From an uncultured Alphaproteobacteria bacterium (GTDB taxonomy: Bacteria; Pseudomonadota; Alphaproteobacteria; HIMB59; GCA-002718135): a DNA stretch of 56,239 nucleotides. Location: the NCBI GenBank assembly GCA_902541435.1, contig CACBQR010000001.1, positions 1 through 56,239 of the forward strand, in the 5' to 3' direction. Shown here piece after piece: positions 38,998 to 49,314 of this stretch (the stretch's first letter is position 1; the number at the start of each line of letters is the position of its first letter). Made by a program: the position numbers and the translations under genes. A model generated the notes under the pieces. That model ran no database searches. It had not been told where the DNA came from and saw only the letters and a program-made list of their open reading frames with translations.

Positions 38998-40026
38998 ATG
39001 ATTTATATTAATCTTATTTTAGTTTTTTTAGTGTTGGTCGCAATACATGAGTATGGTCATTATATAATTGCCAGATTATTTAACGCTGAAGTTACTGATT
39101 TTTCAATTGGATTTGGTAAACCACTTTTAAAATTTACTGATAGAAATGGCACTACATGGAAAATATCTCCAATTCCATTGGGTGGATATGTAAAAATCAA
39201 AGGTCTTGATAATATATTTTCTCCAAACCCTAACGATGAAAAAGGATCCTTTCAATCCCTTACACTTTTTCAAAAGATATTAGTACTTTTAGCAGGAAGT
39301 ATTTTTAATATTCTTAGTGCGTGGTTTGCTCTTTTCTGCATATTTTTCTTTTTTGGAATTGTTAGTTTAATGCCGATTATTGGATCAGTTAGCGAAAATT
39401 CATCAGCATTTGAAAATGATCTTAGAGAAGGAGATAGAATACTTGAAATAAATAATATTAGTATTGAAGAGTTTTCTGATATCCCAAAGGCAATTGCAAA
39501 TAACCAAAGTATAAATATTTTAATAGAAAGAAATAATCAGATAATTGAAAAAAATTTTGATCTAAAATTTAATGAAGAATTAAATAGATACATTATCGGA
39601 ATATCTTCACCTCAAAATCCTATTATTGATAAGTATAATTTAATTGATTCAATTAAAAACTCTTCTTTATTTATACCTACATATTATGCTGCTTCTTTTG
39701 CATTTCTTCAACAATCTTATAAAGAAAATACATTAGGAGATCAGTTAGCTGGACCTATAGGAATTGTTAAAAATGCAGATCAAATGATGTTAGATCAAAT
39801 AAGGGGAGTTCTATTTTTATTTATTATTATTTCTTTGTTTGTAGGGTTATTTAATTTGCTACCTATTCCTCTTTTAGATGGTGGTCATATAATGTATTTT
39901 ATTATTAGAAGAATTTTTTCAAACTCTCTTCCTGAGTTTATTACAAGAGTTTATTTGGCTGTGGGGATAACAATACTATCTTTTCTCTTTATAGTTGTGA
40001 CTTACAACGATATTTTTTATAAATAA
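38998..40026 (+). CDS. rseP: RIP zinc metalloprotease RseP (site-2 protease, M50 family)
   Basis: 342 aa. HEYGHY (HExxH) in TM1, a central PDZ-like segment, and a C-terminal NLLPIPLLDGGH motif. Confidence 0.85.
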   Translation: MIYINLILVFLVLVAIHEYGHYIIARLFNAEVTDFSIGFGKPLLKFTDRNGTTWKISPIPLGGYVKIKGLDNIFSPNPNDEKGSFQSLTLFQKILVLLAGSIFNILSAWFALFCIFFFFGIVSLMPIIGSVSENSSAFENDLREGDRILEINNISIEEFSDIPKAIANNQSINILIERNNQIIEKNFDLKFNEELNRYIIGISSPQNPIIDKYNLIDSIKNSSLFIPTYYAASFAFLQQSYKENTLGDQLAGPIGIVKNADQMMLDQIRGVLFLFIIISLFVGLFNLLPIPLLDGGHIMYFIIRRIFSNSLPEFITRVYLAVGITILSFLFIVVTYNDIFYK

Positions 40027-40044
40027 ACATTATTGGGAGATAAA

Positions 40045-40413
40045 ATGACAAATTTTGAAAAAGTAAAAGAATTTATGACAACTTTTGGTCAAGAAGTAAA
40101 AACTAGTGCTGAATTTCCAGAAAATAAAATTGTTGAATTAAGAAAAAAATTGATTGATGAAGAATTTAATGAGTTAAAAGATGCAATTAATGATAATGAT
40201 ATCGTAGAAGTTGCTGATGCATTAACTGATATTTTAGTTGTAACATATGGTGCGGGTGCTGCTTTTGGTATAGATCTAGATCAATGTTTTAACGAAGTTC
40301 ATCGTAGTAATATGAGTAAACTTTCAGAGGAGGGCAAGCCAATTTATAATGAATTTGGTAAGGTTATGAAGGGTCCTAATTATTCACCTCCAGATTTGAA
40401 AAAAATAATTTAA
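40045..40413 (+). CDS. MazG-like nucleotide pyrophosphohydrolase family protein
   Basis: All-alpha protein of about 122 aa with EExxE-type acidic motifs (LIDEEFNELKDAI, EVADALTDIL). ATG 40045 lies 4 nt after a GGGAGA Shine-Dalgarno, so I prefer it to the TTG at 40033. Confidence 0.6.
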   Translation: MTNFEKVKEFMTTFGQEVKTSAEFPENKIVELRKKLIDEEFNELKDAINDNDIVEVADALTDILVVTYGAGAAFGIDLDQCFNEVHRSNMSKLSEEGKPIYNEFGKVMKGPNYSPPDLKKII

Positions 40414-41564
40414 ATATTTTTTAAAGCATCATCTAAAGATTTCTTTAAGTCCGAAATATCTTCAATGCCAATTGAAAGTCTTATAAGGGTATCAGAAATT
40501 CCTAATTCATCTCTAATTTTTTTATCTATTGATGCATGTGTCATTATAGCTGGATGCTCAATTAAACTTTCAACTCCACCCAAACTTTCTGCTAGTGTAA
40601 ATATTTGAATTGTTTCAAGAAATTTTTTTGCTGAATTAATATCACCCATTAATTCAATTGATAATACTCCTCCAAATCCAGTCATTTGTTTTTTGGCAAT
40701 TTCATAACTTGAGTTATTTTCTAGTCCAGGGTAAAATACATTTTTAATTTTAGGATGTTTTAATAAATAATTAGCAATTTCTAAGGCATTATTATTATGC
40801 CTCTCCATTCTTACAGCAAGTGTCTTAATTGATCGAATGAGTAAATAACAATCGAAGGGGCTGGGAACAGCACCAACTGCATTTTGAATATATTTAATTT
40901 TATCAGCTAAAATTTTATTATCATTTATAATTAATGCACCTCCAATTATATCTGAATGACCTCCAAGATACTTAGTTGACGAATGTATAACAACATCAGC
41001 TCCATTATTTAATGGTTGCTGATTATAAGGTGATGCAAAAGTATTATCACAGACTATAATAATATTATCATCTTTTAAGCTTTCTCTAATTTTTTTTATA
41101 TCTATAATTTTAAGTAATGGGTTAGAGGGCGTCTCAACCCAAATCATTTTGGTATTTTCTTTTAAATGACCTTGCCAATTATTTTCTTTACTAAGATCTG
41201 CATATGTTACTTCCACATCTTGATTCACTGTTTTAATTTTATCAAATATTCTTCTTGTTCCACCGTAAACATCATCGCTACAAATAATTGAATAATTTTT
41301 ACCTAAAGCATCTGATAATGCAGAAATTGCTGCCATACCTGAACTAAAAGCATAAGCAAATTTACCATCTTCCAATTCAACTAATAACTTTTCTAATATA
41401 TCTCTTGTTGGGTTTCCTGTTCTTGCATATTCATAAGTAAAGTCACCAGGAGAATTTTGCTTAAAAGTCGACGAAAGATGAATAGGAGGCATTACTGCAC
41501 CCGTAGTTTCATCAGCGCCATGACCTGAATGAATTACTTTAGAATTAAATTTTTTTGTTTTCAT
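40410..41564 (-). CDS. Cystathionine gamma-lyase/gamma-synthase family PLP enzyme (MccB/MetB-like)
   Basis: TGAVMPPIHLSSTF N-terminal motif and PLP-lysine context HSSTKYLGGHSD. I prefer the ATG at 41564 (MKTKKF...). The track uses a TTG at 41576 that overlaps the upstream gene. Confidence 0.8.
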   Translation of the reverse strand: MKTKKFNSKVIHSGHGADETTGAVMPPIHLSSTFKQNSPGDFTYEYARTGNPTRDILEKLLVELEDGKFAYAFSSGMAAISALSDALGKNYSIICSDDVYGGTRRIFDKIKTVNQDVEVTYADLSKENNWQGHLKENTKMIWVETPSNPLLKIIDIKKIRESLKDDNIIIVCDNTFASPYNQQPLNNGADVVIHSSTKYLGGHSDIIGGALIINDNKILADKIKYIQNAVGAVPSPFDCYLLIRSIKTLAVRMERHNNNALEIANYLLKHPKIKNVFYPGLENNSSYEIAKKQMTGFGGVLSIELMGDINSAKKFLETIQIFTLAESLGGVESLIEHPAIMTHASIDKKIRDELGISDTLIRLSIGIEDISDLKKSLDDALKNI

Positions 41565-41566
41565 TA

Positions 41567-42568
41567 TTACATCCAATCGGCATAAGGTAAATTTTTGGAA
41601 ATCAAATATTCTTTATTGAACATTTTATCATAATATTTATTTGCATCATCACAAAGTATTGTCGCAATTTTTTTCCCTTTACCCATTGATTTGGCCAGTT
41701 TTACTGCACCACATATATTGACCCCAGAACTTAATCCTAGAAATAATCCATCTGTTTTCATAATTTTAAATAACATTTCCATACATTCTTGATCAGAAAC
41801 AAAAAATGATTGGTCTACAAGACAATTTTCTAAATTTTTTGTTACTCTGGCTTGTCCAATACCTTCTGTAATTGATTCCTCTCCTTTTTTTTCTGGTTTA
41901 CCGTTAGTAAAATAATTAAACATTGATGATCCTTGTGAGTCAGTACAAGCAATAATAATTTCTTTATTTTTTGATTTTAGCCCAACGCTCACACCAGCTA
42001 AAGTTCCTCCAGTTCCAATTGCACATGTGAAACCATCTATTTTACCATCTGTTTGTTTAAAAATTTCTGAAGATGTTGTTTTTTCATGAAATTTGTAGTT
42101 TGCTAAATTTTCAAATTGACCAGCCCAAAAAGTTTTTTTACCTGTTTGTTTTTCAATATCTTTTGCTAATTGCTGCGAGACTTTTTGATAGTTGCCAGGA
42201 TCGGAATATGGTTTTGCATCAACTAAATGAAGTTTTGCTCCCATATTTTTGAGTATATCTCTTTTAGATTGAACGGTTATATTAGGCATTACAATTTCCA
42301 GATTATAATTTTTTGCATTACAAACTAATGCTAAGCCTATTCCTGTATTCCCAAAAGTACCTTCTACGACAGTTCCACCTGGTTCCAATAATTTTTTTTC
42401 TTCTGCATCCTCGATAATACCAAGTGCTGTTCTATCTTTTACTGAACCAGCTGGATTCATAAATTCAGCTTTACCAAATATTTCACAGCCTGAAATCTCT
42501 GAGGGGTATTTTAATTTTATTAGGGGGGTGTTACCAATTAATTGAGTAACATTATTTGTTATCATCAA
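41567..42568 (-). CDS. Cysteine synthase / O-acetylserine-dependent cystathionine beta-synthase-like PLP enzyme (CysK/MccA family)
   Basis: 333 aa. [18 protein letters not shown] (PLP-Lys) and GTGGTLAG motifs. No C-terminal CBS-pair domains. Confidence 0.8.
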   Translation of the reverse strand: MMITNNVTQLIGNTPLIKLKYPSEISGCEIFGKAEFMNPAGSVKDRTALGIIEDAEEKKLLEPGGTVVEGTFGNTGIGLALVCNAKNYNLEIVMPNITVQSKRDILKNMGAKLHLVDAKPYSDPGNYQKVSQQLAKDIEKQTGKKTFWAGQFENLANYKFHEKTTSSEIFKQTDGKIDGFTCAIGTGGTLAGVSVGLKSKNKEIIIACTDSQGSSMFNYFTNGKPEKKGEESITEGIGQARVTKNLENCLVDQSFFVSDQECMEMLFKIMKTDGLFLGLSSGVNICGAVKLAKSMGKGKKIATILCDDANKYYDKMFNKEYLISKNLPYADWM

Positions 42569-43127
42569 TATCTCTTACACCATATGGATTAAATGAAGTA
42601 TCCTTATTAATATTAATATTTTTAACTGGGTTTCCCACCATTGTTGCATAAGGGGGAACATCTTTTAATACTACTGTATTAGCTCCAACTCTTGCACAAC
42701 TTCCAATAATTATTGGGCCAAGAATACTTGCTCCACATCCTATTATTACATTATCCTCTATTGTTGGATGTCTTTTTGTATCTCTTTGATCATTGGAATT
42801 TTCTGCTGGACTAATTCCTCCAAGTGTAACACCATGATATAAAGTAACATTATCTCCAATTATGCTTGTTTCCCCAATTACAGTTCCCATACCATGATCA
42901 ATAAATAGGTTTTTACCTATTTTAGCAGCTGGATGAATTTCAATTCCTGTTAAAAAACGACTAAATTGAGAAACTATTCTTGCTAAAGTATAAAGATTTA
43001 AATTCCATAGATTGTTTGCTATTCTATGAAAGAAAACAGACTTTACTCCTGGGTATGTAAGCACGATACTTAGCTTGCTTCTTGCAGCTGGATCTCTTTG
43101 AATTATTGAGTCTAAATAATCAGTCAT
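42552..43127 (-). CDS. cysE: Serine O-acetyltransferase
   Basis: 191 aa. Hexapeptide-repeat left-handed beta-helix ([28 protein letters not shown]) and an N-terminal RDPAA motif. Confidence 0.85.
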   Translation of the reverse strand: MTDYLDSIIQRDPAARSKLSIVLTYPGVKSVFFHRIANNLWNLNLYTLARIVSQFSRFLTGIEIHPAAKIGKNLFIDHGMGTVIGETSIIGDNVTLYHGVTLGGISPAENSNDQRDTKRHPTIEDNVIIGCGASILGPIIIGSCARVGANTVVLKDVPPYATMVGNPVKNININKDTSFNPYGVRDIDDNK

Positions 43128-43264
43128 TTCGTAATGATATTTAGTGATTATTGCATTTTTTTCAATGTAACCAGGATTTCTCTTTAAAATTTATGATTTT
43201 AATTATGTCAATTATTGATAGTTTATGTAGATAAAAGATAATCAATATATGATTTGCTAATTTG

Positions 43265-44386
43265 ATGATTACAGTAAATAAAATCAAAATTCATTTATTT
43301 AAGTATAAGAATAAAAATCCAGTTTTATCTTCATTTGGCAGAATGACTTTTAGATCATCGTTAATAGTTGAATTAATTGATCAAAATGACAACAGTGGAT
43401 TTGGGGAAATATGGTGTAATTTCCCAAATCATGCTGGTAGATATAGATTTGAAATTTTTAAAGATTATTTTGTAAATTTACTTAAAAATTTTAATTTTGA
43501 AAAGCCGAGTGATCCTTATGATTTTTTTTATGAAAAATTTAATTCAATAAAAATTCAAAGTGGTGATTATGGAGCTTTTAGTAATATTATTTCTGGAATA
43601 GATTGTGCTTGTTGGGATTTATTTTCAAAAAATAAAAAGATACCTCTAAACAAATTAATTAATAGTAATTCTCCAGATAAGATTCAAGTTTATGCTAGTG
43701 GAATTAATAGAGACGAACACCAAGAAAGAATTAGTGAAGCAAGAAAATTAGGCATAAAAAAATTTAAAATAAAAATTGGTTATGATTTAAATGATGATAT
43801 TACAAGTTTAGCATCAATTGAGAAAATTTTAAGTGATTCTGAAGATTATATGATTGATGTAAATCAAGCTTGGAAAATAGATAAAGTTAACTCAAATATT
43901 AAAGCATTAAATCAGTTCAGATATTATTGGTTAGAAGAGCCAATTAGTGCCGACAATTCTATAAATGAAATTATTAATTTAATAAATAATAATAAAAATT
44001 TAGCCTTTGGTGAAAATATTACTCAAATAAATAACTTTGTTAAATTAAATGATGATACTTCAATTAAATTTTTACAACCAGATATTGCTAGGTATGGAGG
44101 TATTTCTCAAATAATAAGTTTAAAAGATAGAATAGTTACTGATAAATTATATCTACATTATTTAGGTGGTGCTGTAGGTTTGATTACTTCAGCACATTTA
44201 ATGTCTGCAATTAATCAAAGTGGTTTTTTAGAATATGATATCAACGAAAATGCACTAAGAACTGATATTTTGAAACCTGCAGTCAAAATAAGAGATGGTT
44301 ATCTTTTATTAAATTCATCAATAGGTATCGGTTTTAATCTTTCTGAAATGTCAAAAAATTATCTAAATCAATATTATGAATTATAA
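43265..44386 (+). CDS. Enolase-superfamily enzyme (mandelate racemase/muconate lactonizing enzyme family)
   Basis: About 373 aa. KIKIG, DVNQAW, LEEP and FGEN metal-ligand region pattern. ATG 43265 is preferred; a TTG at 43262 is also possible. Confidence 0.7.
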   Translation: MITVNKIKIHLFKYKNKNPVLSSFGRMTFRSSLIVELIDQNDNSGFGEIWCNFPNHAGRYRFEIFKDYFVNLLKNFNFEKPSDPYDFFYEKFNSIKIQSGDYGAFSNIISGIDCACWDLFSKNKKIPLNKLINSNSPDKIQVYASGINRDEHQERISEARKLGIKKFKIKIGYDLNDDITSLASIEKILSDSEDYMIDVNQAWKIDKVNSNIKALNQFRYYWLEEPISADNSINEIINLINNNKNLAFGENITQINNFVKLNDDTSIKFLQPDIARYGGISQIISLKDRIVTDKLYLHYLGGAVGLITSAHLMSAINQSGFLEYDINENALRTDILKPAVKIRDGYLLLNSSIGIGFNLSEMSKNYLNQYYEL

Positions 44387-44771
44387 AATTAAAGTTTACT
44401 ATGAAGATTCCGATGCATCAGGTAGAGTTTATCATTCAAATTATTTAAAATATTTAGAGAGGGGTAGGTCAGAATTCTTATATAAACTGGGTTATAATCA
44501 TCAAAACTTACTCCAATCACTTAATTTTTATTTTGTAGTTAAGCATATAGATATTGATTTTAAATTACCTGCATATTTTGAAGATATCTTAGATGTTGAA
44601 ACAAAAATTCATGAAATTTCAAAAGTAAAAATAATTTTTCATCAGTCAATAATCAGAGAAAAAGATTTATTAATTGATTCGAAGATTTTAATAACTCCTA
44701 TAAATGATAAAGGTAAAATCGTAAAAATGCCTATTGAAATGCTTGATAAATTGCAATTATCAAAAATCTAA
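44376..44771 (+). CDS. YbgC/4-hydroxybenzoyl-CoA thioesterase family acyl-CoA thioesterase
   Basis: 131 aa. Hotdog-fold N-terminal motif VYYEDSDASGRVYHSNYLKYLERGRSEFL. Confidence 0.75.
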   Translation: MNYKIKVYYEDSDASGRVYHSNYLKYLERGRSEFLYKLGYNHQNLLQSLNFYFVVKHIDIDFKLPAYFEDILDVETKIHEISKVKIIFHQSIIREKDLLIDSKILITPINDKGKIVKMPIEMLDKLQLSKI

Positions 44772-44817
44772 ATAAATTTATATTTTTTTATAAGCAAACA
44801 AATGTTAAATAAATTAT

Positions 44818-45654
44818 ATGGGAATTGTAACTGACGTAATACTGCCGCTTTCTCTAGCTTTCATTATGTTTTCATTGGGTTTAGGTTTAAGTCTCAGTGA
44901 TTTTACTAGAGTTTTCTTTAAACCAAGAGATTTTCTTATTGGATTATTTTTTCAAATTATTGTTCTTCCAATAGTTGCATTATTAATTGTTATGTTTTGG
45001 CCCTTATCTCCTGAGCTAGCTATTGGGGTTATGATTCTTGCAGCAGCACCTGGCGGTGTAACCAGCAATGTTTTAACATCATTTGCAAAGGGAAATATTG
45101 CTCTTTCAATATCTTTAACGGCAATAAACAGTATTTTATGCGTAATTACGGTGCCATTAATATTAATGATATCATTAAGTGTTCTTGACATGGGTAGCAT
45201 TAATGAGGGGCAGTCGTTATTTAGTGTTGCATCACAAATGTTTTTAATTGTTACAATACCAGTTATCGTTGGAGTTTTATTAAGTGGAGTGTTATCTTCA
45301 TTTGAAAAAATAGCAAAAAATATATCAATAATTTTATTTGTTTTAGTTCTTATTGGAGCAATATTATCTCAAAGAGAAAATGTTATTACTTACTTTGCTC
45401 AAGCAGGTTTGGTTATGTTATTTTTAAATATTATAATGATGATCATTGTTTATTTATTATCTAATACTTTTAAATCCTCAAAAGAAACATTCAGATGTTG
45501 GTTGATGGAAGTTGGGCTACAAAATGGAACATTAGCAATTGTTGTAGCTAATACCTTCTTTGCAAGTACTGTTTATTTGATACCTGCTGCTATTTATAGC
45601 TTAATAATGTATGCAACAGCTCTACCATTAATGTATTTCTTAAGAAGAAATTAA
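44818..45654 (+). CDS. Bile acid:Na+ symporter (BASS/SBF) family transporter
   Basis: 278 aa and polytopic. AAAPGGVTSNV motif typical of the BASS family. Confidence 0.75.
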   Translation: MGIVTDVILPLSLAFIMFSLGLGLSLSDFTRVFFKPRDFLIGLFFQIIVLPIVALLIVMFWPLSPELAIGVMILAAAPGGVTSNVLTSFAKGNIALSISLTAINSILCVITVPLILMISLSVLDMGSINEGQSLFSVASQMFLIVTIPVIVGVLLSGVLSSFEKIAKNISIILFVLVLIGAILSQRENVITYFAQAGLVMLFLNIIMMIIVYLLSNTFKSSKETFRCWLMEVGLQNGTLAIVVANTFFASTVYLIPAAIYSLIMYATALPLMYFLRRN

Positions 45655-46434
45655 GACTGGAAAAGTTTCGCTATCTAAAACTTCATTATTTTTTAGATCA
45701 ATATTTGGAAATGGTGGAGACATCTCACCTTTCCTTTTAATATATCTTGCGTCATCACCAGTAAATCTAACTGAAAAAGCTCTTCTTCTATTATTTGAAC
45801 TATTGCCATATGCAGCATGAATTGTTGCATAGTTAAATGCTATGGCATCCCCTAGCTCACATTCATAGGATATAATTTTATAATCTTTTCTATTATTTTC
45901 AATATCTGGAATTTTTTCAAATTCTTTATCTTTATGATCATAATCATAACCTTTAAATTTTGTAGGTAAAAATATTTTATTCCATTTATGTGAACCTAAT
46001 ATGAATTCCATTGATGAATTAATATCAATTTTATCAAGTGGTATCCAAATACTTACATTATCTCTTCCTTGTACACAGTAATACCCCTGATCTTGATGCC
46101 ACGGTGTTCTTTTTTTAGATCCTTTTTCTTTGATTAAAACATGCTCATGGAATAAATTTACTTTTTTAGATTTCATTAATGAGCCAGCAATTTTCGCAAT
46201 ATTAGAATTAAAAATAAAATTTTTATACTCTTTTATTCTTTGCCAATTACAATAATCATCATAAAATACCTCTTGATTATTTACTTCTTCATAAACACAT
46301 TTATATTTACTTGGGTTTTGAAAATTATGCTCAACACCATTTCTTAGTTCTTCAATCCATTTTAGATCAATAATTCTTTTTAGTAATACAACTCCATTAT
46401 TCTGAAATTCATTACTAATATTTTTTTCAATCAT
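45640..46434 (-). CDS. PhyH-family Fe(II)/2-oxoglutarate-dependent dioxygenase
   Basis: 264 aa. HxD facial-triad motif TPWHQDQ, distal His (ATIHAAYGN) and Arg (RRAFSVRF). 3' end overlaps the convergent BASS gene by 15 nt. Confidence 0.75.
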   Translation of the reverse strand: MIEKNISNEFQNNGVVLLKRIIDLKWIEELRNGVEHNFQNPSKYKCVYEEVNNQEVFYDDYCNWQRIKEYKNFIFNSNIAKIAGSLMKSKKVNLFHEHVLIKEKGSKKRTPWHQDQGYYCVQGRDNVSIWIPLDKIDINSSMEFILGSHKWNKIFLPTKFKGYDYDHKDKEFEKIPDIENNRKDYKIISYECELGDAIAFNYATIHAAYGNSSNNRRRAFSVRFTGDDARYIKRKGEMSPPFPNIDLKNNEVLDSETFPVLISS

Positions 46435-47196
46435 TTAATCTTTAATTCTATATCCTTTTGAAAATGTATATGTGATAAATATTATGCATCCAATTAAAAT
46501 TGTTAGGATAGTTAATGTACTTGTAAGTAATGAAACATCAGAAACTTCATAAAAACTATATCTGAAACCACTTATTAAATATAAAACAGGATTAAGTAAT
46601 GATATTTTCTGCCAAAATTCTGGAAGCATATTAATAGAGTAAAAACTTCCTCCTAAAAAAACTAATGGTGTAATTATTAGAATTGGAATAATCTGTAGTC
46701 CTTCAAAACCTTCTGCATACATTCCAATTATAAAACCAAATAAAGCAAAAGTAATGGATGTTAGAATTAAAAAAAACATCATTAGAAGAGGGTGATCTAT
46801 TCTTACATCTACAAAAAAATTAGCAGTTAATATAATCACACATCCAATTATTAATGATTTGGATGCTGCCGCTCCTACAAAACCAAGCACTATCTCAAAA
46901 GAAGATAATGGTGCTGCAAGGATTTCATAAATAGTATTTGTAAATCTTGGAAAATAAAAAGCAAAAGAAGCATTGGAAATTGATTGCGTTAAGATAGTTA
47001 ACATAATCATTCCCGGTACAATATAAGAGCCATAATTAATTCCATCTATCTCTGTAATTCTTGAACCAATTGCAGATCCAAAAACTACAAAGTAAAGAGA
47101 AGTTGTAATTATTGGCGAGGCAAGACTTTGAAATAAGGTTCTTCTAAACCTTTCCATTTCATGAATATAAATTGCTTTAATTCCGTACCAATTCAT
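46435..47196 (-). CDS. ABC-2 type transporter permease
   Basis: 253 aa, six TM segments. YadH-like ABC-2 layout. Overlaps the ATPase gene by 20 nt. Confidence 0.8.
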   Translation of the reverse strand: MNWYGIKAIYIHEMERFRRTLFQSLASPIITTSLYFVVFGSAIGSRITEIDGINYGSYIVPGMIMLTILTQSISNASFAFYFPRFTNTIYEILAAPLSSFEIVLGFVGAAASKSLIIGCVIILTANFFVDVRIDHPLLMMFFLILTSITFALFGFIIGMYAEGFEGLQIIPILIITPLVFLGGSFYSINMLPEFWQKISLLNPVLYLISGFRYSFYEVSDVSLLTSTLTILTILIGCIIFITYTFSKGYRIKD

Positions 47197-48121
47197 TATT
47201 ATTTTCCTGTATAAGTTTGATAAAAATCTCCTCCAGTGAACTTTGTTCAGTATTAATGTCTTTTATTTTATAACCATCTTTTTTTACATCATTTAATAGC
47301 TCAGTAATATCAGTTGTGTTTGAGTTTAAATTATAGGTATGTGAGATAATTTTATTTGTTTGATCTAAAGTAAAATTATATTTTGATAAATTACCATTTA
47401 TTTTTTCTACAGATTCAAATAATTCAATTTTAATTGTTTTTTCTCCAAGTTTTTTAATTAATTTATCTTTTTCATCCACTAAAATTATTTTACCATCGTT
47501 TATAACTGCCACTCTATCACTTAACTCTTCCGCTTCTTCAATATAATGTGTTGTTAAAATAATTGTTACTCCATCTTTATTTAATTTTTTAACAACATCC
47601 CACATGTCTTTGCGTAATTCCACATCCACACTAGCTGTTGGTTCATCTAAAAATAATAATTTAGGTTGGTGAGATAAAGCTTTAGCTATCAGAACCCTTC
47701 TTTTCATTCCACCTGATAGTTCTTTAATTTTATTATCTTTTTTATCCCATAAGGATAGTTGTTTTAAAAGCTTTTCTATATAATTGTGATTAGGTTTCTT
47801 ACCAAAAAGACCTCTAGAATAATTAACATTGTTCCAGACAGTTTCAAAAGATTCAAGATTTAATTCTTGAGGAACAATACCTGTTATTTTTCTAGTAGTT
47901 CGATAATTTTTAACAATATCCATATTATTAATTTTTATTGTTCCTGTATTGAAATTTACTATTCCACAAATTGAGTTTATCAGTGTCGATTTTCCTGCAC
48001 CATTTGGTCCAAGTAGAGCAAATATTTCTCCTTCTTTAATATTGAGATTTACATTTTCTAACGCTTTAACTGAATTTTTATAAAATTTAGTTACATTATT
48101 TATCTCAAGTATATTCTTCAT
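47177..48121 (-). CDS. ABC-2 type transporter ATP-binding protein
   Basis: 314 aa. Walker A GPNGAGKST, signature LSGGMKRR, Walker B LLFLDEPT. Confidence 0.9.
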   Translation of the reverse strand: MKNILEINNVTKFYKNSVKALENVNLNIKEGEIFALLGPNGAGKSTLINSICGIVNFNTGTIKINNMDIVKNYRTTRKITGIVPQELNLESFETVWNNVNYSRGLFGKKPNHNYIEKLLKQLSLWDKKDNKIKELSGGMKRRVLIAKALSHQPKLLFLDEPTASVDVELRKDMWDVVKKLNKDGVTIILTTHYIEEAEELSDRVAVINDGKIILVDEKDKLIKKLGEKTIKIELFESVEKINGNLSKYNFTLDQTNKIISHTYNLNSNTTDITELLNDVKKDGYKIKDINTEQSSLEEIFIKLIQENNNELVRN

Positions 48122-48124
48122 AAT

Positions 48125-49303
48125 TTAAATTTTTGTTATCAGATTTGGAATATTTTGTTTAAATTTGAAATAACCTTTTTTTGAAAAAATCCAACTATTA
48201 ACATCATATTTTCTATTAAAAATTATAAAATTAACTGATGGAAATTTTGTAATTATTTTTTTATAAATTTTTTTCCAATTTCCTTTAGTAACATAGGGTA
48301 AATATATTTCTTGAATTTGAAATTTTTTTATCCATTTATCTAAATCTTCATAATAATTTTCAAATTCAATATCAATTTTAATATTTTTATAAAAATCATC
48401 ATCATTAAAACATGAAATACAAATGTCTCTTATATGTTTAATTATTTTTTCAGAGAAATTATGATCATTATAATCTTCTAGTGGTAAACCTGTAAAAACA
48501 TTTACTTTTTTATGATTTAAATCTTTTAAAATATTTAATTCATCAGTTGGTATTAAAATATATTTTATTTCCTCTAAATTATAATCAGAATTTAAGTGTA
48601 GTTCATTTACATTATAAATTTTTTCTTCAATTAAAGGATTAGCATTTTCATTTAAAATTTCATTACTTGATATTTTAATATTACTATATTTTTCTATATT
48701 ACTTTTTCTTGCCAAATAATTTTTACCCTTAGTCTGTATACCGGCAACCCATCTCCAAGATAATGTATTAGAAGCTGGATCGCCATCCAATAAATGTTGC
48801 ATAAAAAAATCTGCACCAAGTTGCCAAGGTAAATTAAGAGTAAAAATCCAAACTGAGGCAAACCACATTCTTACATGATTATGCAAGTACCCATTTTCTT
48901 TTAGATTATTTATCCAATTATTAAAAAAAGAGAGATTTGTATTTCCAGAAATTGCATTTAAATAAAATTTTTTATTAGAAAATTGTTCAATCAATTTATT
49001 TCTATCTTCTAAATAATCAGAATAGACCGATGGTCTATGTTCAAGCCAACCTTTCCAATAAGTTCTCCAATAAATTTCTTGGATAAATTTTTCGCATTCT
49101 CTAAGTTCATATTTTTTTAATACTTTTTGCAGAATTTGTTCTTCAGAAATTAGCCTATATCTTATGAAGGGAGATAGTAGAGACGTAGTGTTATTATTTG
49201 AACTATCTTCACTGTAATTTCTATTTGCTTCATAATATTTTCCTGTTTTATGCAAATAAGACAGGAATTGCTCTTCAGCAAAGCTGATATTTGATTTAAA
49301 CAT
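48125..49303 (-). CDS. Photolyase/cryptochrome FAD-binding-domain protein with a non-canonical domain order
   Basis: 392 aa. Residues ~1-215 carry photolyase C-terminal-domain motifs (SLLSPFIRYRLIS, EIYWRTYW, GYLHNHVRMWFASVW, LLDGDPASNTLSWRWVAG). There is no N-terminal alpha/beta domain; an unassigned ~170-aa domain follows instead. Confidence 0.65.
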   Translation of the reverse strand: MFKSNISFAEEQFLSYLHKTGKYYEANRNYSEDSSNNNTTSLLSPFIRYRLISEEQILQKVLKKYELRECEKFIQEIYWRTYWKGWLEHRPSVYSDYLEDRNKLIEQFSNKKFYLNAISGNTNLSFFNNWINNLKENGYLHNHVRMWFASVWIFTLNLPWQLGADFFMQHLLDGDPASNTLSWRWVAGIQTKGKNYLARKSNIEKYSNIKISSNEILNENANPLIEEKIYNVNELHLNSDYNLEEIKYILIPTDELNILKDLNHKKVNVFTGLPLEDYNDHNFSEKIIKHIRDICISCFNDDDFYKNIKIDIEFENYYEDLDKWIKKFQIQEIYLPYVTKGNWKKIYKKIITKFPSVNFIIFNRKYDVNSWIFSKKGYFKFKQNIPNLITKI

Positions 49304-49314
49304 TTTAGTATTAA

